This document shows positions 47,546 through 54,463 of a DNA stretch of 64,000 nt, one piece after another (positions within the stretch are counted from its first letter, which is position 1; every line of letters begins with the position of its first letter). The position numbers and the translations under genes are program-made. This DNA comes from a virus. The notes beneath the pieces are model-generated. The model saw only the letters and a program-made list of their open reading frames with translations. It was not told where the DNA came from and ran no database searches. The stretch is taken from the IMG/VR virus record IMGVR_UViG_3300042558_004148, positions 207,416 to 271,415 of that record; one strand, written 5' to 3'.

Positions 47546-48364
47546 ATGCCAGAATTACCAGAAGTAGCTAGAGCAGCACTATCATTAAATACTGCAATAC
47601 AGGGTAAAACATTAAGTGATGTTATCGTACACTCGGGAAGATATTCCAGACATGGGGATCCAGTCGGGTTAGCTAATTTTAGTGAGGAACTTCCTGCACA
47701 TGTTGATAATGTTACCTTCTGTGGAAAACTTATCTTATTTGAATTTACCGGTAAGAGCGGGAAAAAATGGTGGCTTTGGAATACACTCGGCATGGGAGGT
47801 GGATGGAGACATGAGAGAACAAAACACGGACATGTTGAGTTTGTAACAAATGACGGTTCAGTTTTCTTCACAGATATACGTAATTTCGGTACATTGAAAT
47901 TTGTAGATAGCGAGAATGAAACAAATAAGAAAAAATCATCCATTGGACCTAATCATTTAGCAGATACAATTTCCGACGAGTTATTCAAGACCCGATTACT
48001 TAAAAGACCGAACCGTACTATGCCAGAGGTCTTAATGGACCAATCACTAATAGGTGGGATAGGCAATTACATTAAAGCTGAGATCCTTTATATTGCAGGG
48101 ATTTCACCGCACCGAATTGTAAATACACTATCCGACGAGGAATTTGCAAAACTTAATGCAGCAACCAAGGATGTGGTTAATAAATCATTCGCCAGTCAGG
48201 GAGCATCCATAAGTACATATAAGGGAATGGATGGCGAAGAAGGAGACTTTGTATTTTATTTCAAAGTATACGGTAGAAAAGAATGCGAGAGTGGATTCAC
48301 GGTAATAAGAGAAACTACGAAGGAAGGAAGAACAACTCATTGGGTTCCACAAATACAAAAATAA
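47546..48364 (+). CDS. Fpg/Nei-family DNA glycosylase (formamidopyrimidine/endonuclease VIII-like)
   Basis: N-terminal MPELPEVARAAL (catalytic Pro2/Glu3). Central H2TH-like region LMDQSLIGGIGNYIKAEILYIAGISP. C-terminal finger-like segment. Confidence 0.75.
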   Translation: MPELPEVARAALSLNTAIQGKTLSDVIVHSGRYSRHGDPVGLANFSEELPAHVDNVTFCGKLILFEFTGKSGKKWWLWNTLGMGGGWRHERTKHGHVEFVTNDGSVFFTDIRNFGTLKFVDSENETNKKKSSIGPNHLADTISDELFKTRLLKRPNRTMPEVLMDQSLIGGIGNYIKAEILYIAGISPHRIVNTLSDEEFAKLNAATKDVVNKSFASQGASISTYKGMDGEEGDFVFYFKVYGRKECESGFTVIRETTKEGRTTHWVPQIQK

Positions 48365-48762
48365 TGAAAGATAAAAAACCTGATCTGGTTGTTTGGAGTG
48401 AGGATGAAGGGTATGATGCTAAATCTAAAGCATATCCAACAACTGTTTCCGGACAAGGTTTTGATTTACCTAACGTTCCCCTATTTAGGGAATTATCATC
48501 GAAAAAAATGATGGACGTTTTTAATAGAGAGAAAGAAGAAATTAGAGAACGAATAGAAAAGCTTTACGAAGAATATAACACTTCAATTATGGTTTGGGAA
48601 TCTAAAATTTCATTTGAACCAATCATAGGAAAAATCTATCACTTATACAATTTCAACGGACAGAGAACTCTATCTTTAATCAGTCCTCAAGAATGGAATA
48701 AAGAAACCGATTTTATCGGATCATATATGTTAAATTCAGAAAACAAATGGATAAAAAAATAG
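48364..48762 (+). CDS. hypothetical protein
   Basis: The internal ATG at 48364 (MKDKKPDL) is preferred over the track start, which lies inside the upstream gene. Confidence 0.4.
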   Translation: MKDKKPDLVVWSEDEGYDAKSKAYPTTVSGQGFDLPNVPLFRELSSKKMMDVFNREKEEIRERIEKLYEEYNTSIMVWESKISFEPIIGKIYHLYNFNGQRTLSLISPQEWNKETDFIGSYMLNSENKWIKK

Positions 48763-48971
48763 GTATAAAAGATAGGATTAAGGCATTTTTTGATGCAGCC
48801 GGAGCATTTTTTCGATGGATGTGGATGTATCCAACAACTCCAATTGAGAATTTTCAGGATGCAAGGTTTCGCTACAGTTCTCAATTGGATCCGGAGATTA
48901 TAAAAGCATTTGATGACATACAAAAATCAATAGAAGAGCATCAGCGTGGTAATAAAAAAATTAATTCATGA
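48747..48971 (+). CDS. hypothetical protein
   Basis: ORF track. Confidence 0.35.
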   Translation: MDKKIGIKDRIKAFFDAAGAFFRWMWMYPTTPIENFQDARFRYSSQLDPEIIKAFDDIQKSIEEHQRGNKKINS

Positions 48972-49177
48972 GAAGTTTTAATAATCTCTTTGATGTAATC
49001 GATATGAAAGCATCTATTAAACAACCAGATACTTACCACCGTATAGAAGAGGAAATAGCATCATTACACAGGCTCCTAGATAAATTAGCACCTAATACAA
49101 TGGGTGAGGGTGATCTTATAGGTAATAGGATAGAGAAATTATTATCATCAGATGCAGATTGGGATAAAATAAAATAG
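48968..49177 (+). CDS. hypothetical protein
   Basis: ORF track. Confidence 0.35.
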   Translation: MRSFNNLFDVIDMKASIKQPDTYHRIEEEIASLHRLLDKLAPNTMGEGDLIGNRIEKLLSSDADWDKIK

Positions 49178-49183
49178 CAAATT

Positions 49184-49217
49184 ATTTTTTTATCTCGTAT
49201 AAATTGATTAAATTTGT
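49184..49217 (+). promoter_or_regulatory. phage promoter driving tRNA-like gene A: TTTTTTTATCTCGTA - N9 - TAAATTTG
   Basis: The -7 box lies about 15 nt upstream of the predicted 5' end of the tRNA-like RNA at 49232. Confidence 0.5.
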
Positions 49218-49231
49218 ATAACAATTAAAAA

Positions 49232-49311
49232 GGTCCTGGAGCTTAATCTGACGTGGAAGTCAGGTCTGCCTCTAAAACAGATAGCATCGGGTTCGAATCC
49301 TGCTAGGATCA
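49232..49311 (+). tRNA. tRNA-like gene A (80 nt, non-canonical D region), anticodon loop C-U-CUA-A-A (amber-suppressor-like CUA)
   Basis: Acceptor GGTCCTG pairs with TAGGATC (two G.U pairs). T arm CGGG-TTCGAAT-CCTG. Anticodon stem TCTG/CAGA closes the loop CTCTAAA. Discriminator A. No encoded CCA. Confidence 0.45.
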
Positions 49312-49317
49312 CAAAAG

Positions 49318-49330
49318 AGTTCTTTGAAAT
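49318..49330 (+). repeat. 13-bp direct repeat AGTTCTTTGAAAT (copy 1)
   Basis: Identical 13-mer recurs at 50148..50160, bracketing about 820 bp. Confidence 0.5.
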
Positions 49331-49597
49331 AGTAAGATAGCAGATAGACCTATATCAGCAGAATCCCACAGGGAGTCAGAAATGACGAGCAAGACGGAGC
49401 TCCTATCAGATTAACGCGTTGAGGAGGCACTCAAAGTTTTCCGAGAGGTTAACAGGTGTATAAACGATGGTTTGGGTAGAACGGATGTTAAAGGCGAGAT
49501 ATAGGTAGAAAGGATGGGGTAACCCACGAATGTGTAAATCTTAAGGTCTTACTATTTTAATTATTCTTGATTGATAATTAACACTTAAAAAATATTT

Positions 49598-50143
49598 ATG
49601 GCAACATTATTTGCATTTGGAACAATTTGGTTTTGGTTCCTAATTACGGCGGTTCTAGTAACCATTATTTCCATCACTGAATTGGAGGAGTCGTCATCCT
49701 GGCATTGGCCAATATTACTAGGAATCCCAACACTGCTATACTTTACTGGATGTGCAGATGAGATCAATTCCATTATAAACTATGCTAAGGATAATCCATT
49801 AGCAATAATTCTGATCTTAGGTGGATATTTATTAGTAGGTACCCTCTGGTCTTTCATTAAATGGTTTCTATATCTTACAAATTTAACGGAATATTACAGA
49901 AAATATCCATATAATTTCAGTTCAGCTAAGGATAAATTTAATGCTAGGGAAAATAAGGAGAGAATCATTAATTGGATGATGTATTGGCCGTTGTCAGGAA
50001 TTTGGACATTGATCGACGATCCAGTTAAGAAAGCATTCCAAAAGATATTCTCCGGATTAGAAAACAGATTCCAAAAGATATCAGATAATTTAACAGAGGA
50101 ATTTACCGAAAAGGAATCTGAAGAATTTGACAAGAGAGGTTAA
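49598..50143 (+). CDS. integral membrane protein
   Basis: Several TM helices. Confidence 0.45.
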   Translation: MATLFAFGTIWFWFLITAVLVTIISITELEESSSWHWPILLGIPTLLYFTGCADEINSIINYAKDNPLAIILILGGYLLVGTLWSFIKWFLYLTNLTEYYRKYPYNFSSAKDKFNARENKERIINWMMYWPLSGIWTLIDDPVKKAFQKIFSGLENRFQKISDNLTEEFTEKESEEFDKRG

Positions 50144-50147
50144 AAAT

Positions 50148-50160
50148 AGTTCTTTGAAAT
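50148..50160 (+). repeat. 13-bp direct repeat AGTTCTTTGAAAT (copy 2)
   Basis: See copy 1. Confidence 0.5.
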
Positions 50161-50164
50161 TATA

Positions 50165-50840
50165 AAAAATATCATAAAAACGGCCTGGTTGGTAGACAGG
50201 GAGGAGTATTTAATGTAATCTGCTCAATGTGAGGAAATAACTGTCTGTAGGCATACAACAGTCCAAACGATAAACCATTATGATACAATTAGCAATGGAG
50301 GTAAACGCGAGATGAAGCGTTGGAGAATAGGGGCTCATGGATTTGAGATTCCCGCCTGGCTACCCATCAGGACTTTATAAGATAATTCCATCCACCTATA
50401 AGAAACCATTGCTTTTTAAAATATATTTAGTTAATAAATATTTTGGGGAAAGGATTAATTAACTAAACAGGTTAAACATTGAATACCTTTGTAAATTATA
50501 GTTGGGCATTTCACAGATGAGTGTTTAGATGAGTTTGAATCTCAGATTGTCCTCAAAGTTAAGAAGTTGAAAGACTCTTTTGCTATAGGTTTACATAAAG
50601 ATACTATCAGTAATGGTAGATGTGTTGTTCCCTTGAGAAAGGAATACGATTTGGCAAGCTTGGTGCAGGAGTTTTGATACTGACAAGACAACACAAATGA
50701 GTTCTCAGCAAGTGCTTCGAAAAGCTATGCAGTTTTAAAACTCCTATGGAGCCTTACAAACTAGAAGTACGTGACCCTACTCTTATACAAGCCCCGTAAC
50801 TGATAACTCGGTAGGCTATAAGAAAGAGGGTGCTAAATAA
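50165..50840. other. about 680-bp ORF-free, GC-richer block; candidate structured ncRNA(s)
   Basis: No ORF of 60 aa or more on either strand. Composition differs from the flanking AT-rich genes. It sits inside the tRNA-like cluster. Confidence 0.3.
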
Positions 50841-50845
50841 AAGTT

Positions 50846-51052
50846 ATGGAAAGAGAAATAAGTAAAGAAACTGATGAGTTTATTGATAAATTAGACCATC
50901 TATGTTGGGAACATCGCTTTGAAATTTGGCCAACTGATACCATTAATAAAAGAAATGAAGATGGATCATATCCAACTTTTACTATTCATAATATGAGCAA
51001 TGGGGAAACAGTAAGATTAATATATGTCGATGGTGACGGAAGAGGTAAATAA
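50846..51052 (+). CDS. hypothetical protein
   Basis: ORF track. Confidence 0.4.
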   Translation: MEREISKETDEFIDKLDHLCWEHRFEIWPTDTINKRNEDGSYPTFTIHNMSNGETVRLIYVDGDGRGK

Positions 51053-51058
51053 TTAAAT

Positions 51059-51228
51059 AGTCAGGTGGCGGAATTGGTAGACGCTATTTTGAAAGCAAAC
51101 AGTTGCAGGATTAGATCGGCACCAGCTAAGTAGTATCAAATGCCATTAAGGTACTGGGTCGTAATAACTGATATTAACCGCTCGCGGTTGGCATGTAATC
51201 CATGCAGGTTCGAGTCCTGCCCTGACTA
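51059..51228 (+). tRNA. tRNA-like gene B (about 170 nt): type-II-like 5' half and T arm/acceptor separated by an insertion of about 100 nt
   Basis: 5' AGTCAGG-TG-GCGGAATTGGTAGACGC (canonical acceptor + D arm). 3' GCAGG-TTCGAGT-CCTGC + CCTGACT + A. The acceptor strands are complementary. About 100 nt too long for a tRNA. Confidence 0.45.
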
Positions 51229-51268
51229 CGAATTCTTATCGACGTTGATAAGAAGAAAAACAAATATA

Positions 51269-51727
51269 ATGAAAAGAACAAAATTAATTTTAATTGCGAT
51301 GTTAAGTGTTTTGTCACTAAGTACATTCGCTCAATCCATTACATCGGTAGTTACCCCGGCAACTAGTGATACTTTATGCAATGGATCAACCACTTTTACC
51401 GGAGCTAATCCATCAGCAGTGTTTATTTGGATGCAACAAGGGACAACACCAATTGCAACGTTTACATCGGATTCAACAACCTATAATCTATGTCCAGGAA
51501 TATATGATGTTCAAATTTGGAACAATATGACGGATACGATGTACTATGATACAGTCATTACCATCCTATCACCATCAACACATTTAGGAATCGATGAATT
51601 GACAAATGAAGCCAAAATTGTAGGAGTATTTGATTTAGTAGGTAAAGAATCTGAATTGGTAACAAATAAACCTCTGGTTTTGGTTTATAGTAACGGAACA
51701 AGAAAACGTAGATATATTACAGAATAA
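51269..51727 (+). CDS. secreted protein
   Basis: The internal ATG at 51269 gives a signal peptide MKRTKLILIAMLSVLSLSTFAQ. The track start 51140 lies inside tRNA-like gene B. Confidence 0.5.
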   Translation: MKRTKLILIAMLSVLSLSTFAQSITSVVTPATSDTLCNGSTTFTGANPSAVFIWMQQGTTPIATFTSDSTTYNLCPGIYDVQIWNNMTDTMYYDTVITILSPSTHLGIDELTNEAKIVGVFDLVGKESELVTNKPLVLVYSNGTRKRRYITE

Positions 51728-51734
51728 TAAAAAA

Positions 51735-51864
51735 AGTCAGGTGGCGGAATTGGTAGACGCTAGACAGGTAACCAACTACAACTGTAATAAACCCGCTGAT
51801 CACGGTTAATAAGAACAGCTCTGTCGCAGAGGTTGGTATACAGGTTCGAATCCTGTCCTGGCTA
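51735..51864 (+). tRNA. tRNA-like gene C (about 130 nt): first 28 nt identical to gene B; insertion of about 57 nt
   Basis: 5' AGTCAGGTGGCGGAATTGGTAGACGCTA is identical to B. 3' ACAGG-TTCGAAT-CCTGT + CCTGGCT + A. The acceptor pairs with one G.U pair. Confidence 0.45.
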
Positions 51865-52009
51865 CTTAGCAAGGCATAAACGATAAGGAAAATCTGTCAC
51901 AAGTTTATGTTAAGTTGCAGACAGACCGAAATGCTTACGGTTAACAGGGCTTACCCATAAAGTCCAGAGAGCATAATCTAACGGGTGACTGATGGAAAGA
52001 CATCAAAAT

Positions 52010-52096
52010 AGTCAGGTGGTGTAATAGGCAACACCCTTCATTATCAGGCCCCGTAAGGCTGGAAGGACGACGCAGGTTCGAATCCTGTCCTGACCA
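52010..52096 (+). tRNA. tRNA-like gene D (87 nt) with an extended (about 32-nt) anticodon-arm-like hairpin
   Basis: Acceptor AGTCAGG/CCTGACC (A1.C72). D arm GTGT-AATAGGCA-ACAC. Long hairpin CCTTC...CAG(G)CC-CCGTAA-GGCTG...GAAGG. T arm GCAGG-TTCGAAT-CCTGT. Confidence 0.45.
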
Positions 52097-52217
52097 CTAA
52101 AACAACTAGCGGAGTAGGCACAAATCTTCGTTAACAGTGGTATTTAAGTAGGTTTGGGGATGCTGTGTAGTCCATTGAAAACTAAACCGAAGATTGCTTA
52201 TGTAGTTGTTTTTATAC

Positions 52218-52283
52218 AGTCAGATGAAAGTAGGCTAAGACGAATTAAGTTTCGCGTTGCAGGTTCGATTCCTGCTCTGACTA
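52218..52283 (+). tRNA. tRNA-like gene E (66 nt, degenerate; possibly a pseudo-tRNA)
   Basis: Acceptor AGTCAGA/TCTGACT and T arm GCAGG-TTCGATT-CCTGC. The internal region is too short for both a D arm and an anticodon arm. Confidence 0.35.
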
Positions 52284-52309
52284 CTAATATTAAATTAAAA
52301 AAATTCCAT

Positions 52310-52636
52310 GTGAATGTAGACTTATTTAGACATTGGCTTCCGGACTTAAGACAAACTCAAAACAAGAGTGCTTATGTAGCAAAGCAATGCCCGATTTGTC
52401 CAAGAACCCCGAATAGCAAATCGTTTCGTATAAACACGAAACTAAAAGTTTTTAAGTGCTATCAATGCGGAAGAGGTGGAAAGAACTTTAATAAGATGGT
52501 CCATTATTTAAAGAAACGTGATACTAGTGTACATAGTAATAAATATCTGAAGAAAATAGGTCGTCGTCCAGTGTGTGTTCCTATTGAGGTTCATTACGGT
52601 TGTGAAACTTTCTATGAAAGTCAGCTCCCATTTTGA
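52310..52636 (+). CDS. CHC2 (primase-type) zinc-finger protein, start uncertain (GTG)
   Basis: CPICPRTPNSKSF....KVFKCYQCGRGGKNFNKMVHYL matches the DnaG CHC2 finger. The frame is open back through tRNA-like gene E with no ATG, so GTG 52310 is the first plausible start. Confidence 0.4.
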   Translation: MNVDLFRHWLPDLRQTQNKSAYVAKQCPICPRTPNSKSFRINTKLKVFKCYQCGRGGKNFNKMVHYLKKRDTSVHSNKYLKKIGRRPVCVPIEVHYGCETFYESQLPF

Positions 52637-52641
52637 CATAT

Positions 52642-52676
52642 AACCCGTGAGGACGTAAAGACGAATAAGCGGGTTT
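52642..52676 (+). terminator. possible terminator (long-loop hairpin)
   Basis: AACCCG...CGGGTT stem followed by TATTAAAAATAAATTT; weak. Confidence 0.3.
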
Positions 52677-52742
52677 ATTAAAAATAAATTTAATAAAAAA
52701 AGAAACTTTTTTAAAAACAAATATATAATAGGTATGAATTAG

Positions 52743-53084
52743 ATTAAATTACAAACTCCGAAACTTGTCATCATAACCAGACAAGACATCAACCCAGGTT
52801 ATCAAGTTGTTCAATCAACACATTCAATAGCTGACTTTGCTTATGAACATCCTGAAAAGTTCAAAGAATGGAAAGAGACATCAAATTCTATAATTTGTCT
52901 CTCCGCAAGATCAGAAGAGCACCTAATTAAACTTTACGAGAAATACAGAACCGTCACAGAGGCATCATTGTTTTTTGAGCCTGATGTTGACGCATATACT
53001 TCTGCGTGTTTTTTTGGAACTCCACAAGTCAGAAAAGCATTCTCGCATCTACCGCTATCATTAAAAACACAACCAACATCATGA
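52743..53084 (+). CDS. PTH2-like peptidyl-tRNA hydrolase; no canonical start codon in the open frame
   Basis: KLVIITRQDINPGYQVVQSTHSIADFAY and WKETSNSIICLSARSEEHLIKLYEKY align with PTH2 ([29 protein letters not shown] / [27 protein letters not shown]). The frame opens at ATT directly after ATG-AAT-TAG. Stop overlaps the next gene (ATGA). Start coordinate approximate. Confidence 0.55.
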   Translation: MKLQTPKLVIITRQDINPGYQVVQSTHSIADFAYEHPEKFKEWKETSNSIICLSARSEEHLIKLYEKYRTVTEASLFFEPDVDAYTSACFFGTPQVRKAFSHLPLSLKTQPTS

Positions 53085-53494
53085 AAGGAATTCTAAAAGT
53101 TAGAAACATAGATTCAATTAAGAGATTGAGTCTTAAGAGGGCTATCGGCAAGCAGAAAGGTCTGAGATCGAGAATGTCAAAAATTCGAACATCAATATTA
53201 TTTCTAGAGGAACATAATATGCTCACCGAGGATCAGCTATGGGATATAATGGTGATTTATTTAAAATATCATGCTGAATATTCCAAATTACAATATCTGA
53301 TCTATGTTAGGAAAAGAAGCTCCTGGCTCAATTATACCACGCTATCCCAGGAAACAATGGATGAATATATCAACAAAATCTCAGTTAATTCACACAATAT
53401 TACTAGCAATCTACCATACGAGATCTATTATAAATATAGGGATGCTATGACAAGGAGAGAACTAGAATTAAAACAAATAATAAATAATAAATAA
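53081..53494 (+). CDS. hypothetical protein
   Basis: The internal ATG at 53081 (MKGILKV) overlaps the PTH2-like stop; preferred over the track GTG at 53006. Confidence 0.4.
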   Translation: MKGILKVRNIDSIKRLSLKRAIGKQKGLRSRMSKIRTSILFLEEHNMLTEDQLWDIMVIYLKYHAEYSKLQYLIYVRKRSSWLNYTTLSQETMDEYINKISVNSHNITSNLPYEIYYKYRDAMTRRELELKQIINNK

Positions 53495-53545
53495 TAAATA
53501 ATTATGTGCAACTAGATTAACAACAAAGAAGAGCTCGTTATTGCA

Positions 53546-54091
53546 ATGAGCCAATGCGAGCAGACTAAAGGACAGTCTGTATTAGATCACGGTAAATCTG
53601 TGGAATCCCATTTATTCGATTTACTTCATCATCTACGCCACGGATCCGATCTGAAATACGAATGGAAAATTCCAGAATTCGTATACGAAAACAAGGATCT
53701 ATTACTTAAGTCATTGCCAGATGACGAGACATTAAGTCTCTATACAATTTACCACGACTGTGGAAAAATTTTATGTATGGAAATAGATGCCGACGGACGT
53801 AAACACTTCCCTAATCACGCAGAAATATCTCATAAGACCTTTACCCGATTTTTTGAAAATAGTGTTGCAGCGGAGCTAATTCGATGTGATATGGACATTC
53901 ATTGTCTTAAGTCCGAAGGTGTAGAGGAATTTGCAAAAAATCCACACTGTTTAACCTTATTATTAGCTGGATTAGCAGAAATCCATTCAAACTCTCAGAT
54001 GTTTGGTGGGATGGATAGTACAAGTTTTAAAATCAAATGGAAAGCCATCACCCAACGAGGCAAACAAATATTAAAAATAAAAACAATTTAA
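53546..54091 (+). CDS. HD-domain phosphohydrolase-like protein
   Basis: VLDHGKSVESH ... LYTIYHDCGK ... FPNHAEISH gives the H..H ... HD.GK ... H..H layout. Confidence 0.45.
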   Translation: MSQCEQTKGQSVLDHGKSVESHLFDLLHHLRHGSDLKYEWKIPEFVYENKDLLLKSLPDDETLSLYTIYHDCGKILCMEIDADGRKHFPNHAEISHKTFTRFFENSVAAELIRCDMDIHCLKSEGVEEFAKNPHCLTLLLAGLAEIHSNSQMFGGMDSTSFKIKWKAITQRGKQILKIKTI

Positions 54092-54093
54092 TT

Positions 54094-54447
54094 ATGAAAA
54101 CAACGGAACATCACAAGAAAGAGGTTTTAAACTACCTAAGAAAAACAACAGAGCATAGATTCATTATAAAGGATGAGCTTATGCACGTCGAAGAAACAGA
54201 GGACGGAGTATTCTACCTAGTTAAAAACGGTAAGCATGGGACTAGTCCAATATTCTCAGATTGCTCAATAGAGGATTTTATGAAAAGAAATACCCCTCCG
54301 TTGGGGAACACTAAGAATATAATTAAGCATAGAATATTTGGATCTGCAACATGTTACTGTCACGACTACCATGGACATACATATACATCCATAAAGAGAA
54401 AGTATTACGATAAGCTTATGGCAGAAATAAAAAAAGGTGAGATTTAA
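54094..54447 (+). CDS. hypothetical protein
   Basis: The internal ATG at 54094 is preferred over the track start inside the upstream gene. Confidence 0.4.
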   Translation: MKTTEHHKKEVLNYLRKTTEHRFIIKDELMHVEETEDGVFYLVKNGKHGTSPIFSDCSIEDFMKRNTPPLGNTKNIIKHRIFGSATCYCHDYHGHTYTSIKRKYYDKLMAEIKKGEI

Positions 54448-54463
54448 TCTCACCTTTTTTATA
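54430..54463. terminator. bidirectional rho-independent terminator between convergent genes
   Basis: AAAAAAGGTGAGATttaATCTCACCTTTTTTAT; A-run and T-run flank the hairpin. Confidence 0.65.

Noticed and set aside
47533-47943. Minus-strand ORF 47533..47943.
   Set aside because: It is antisense to the well-supported Fpg/Nei gene.
49232-49580. A possible tmRNA (ssrA) gene to go with the phage SmpB.
   Set aside because: The tRNA-like element at 49232..49311 closes on itself within 80 nt. No downstream T-arm/acceptor is complementary to its 5' end. No tag-peptide reading frame (…ALAA-stop) was found. It is better explained as a tRNA-like gene.
50165-50840. Group I intron or RNase P RNA in the ORF-free block.
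   Set aside because: None of the conserved core sequences could be recognised by eye. Left as an unexplained ncRNA candidate only.
49232-52283. Prophage att site or integrase association of the tRNA-like genes.
   Set aside because: No integrase, recombinase or direct att duplication is adjacent. The elements look like phage-borne tRNA-like genes rather than integration targets.
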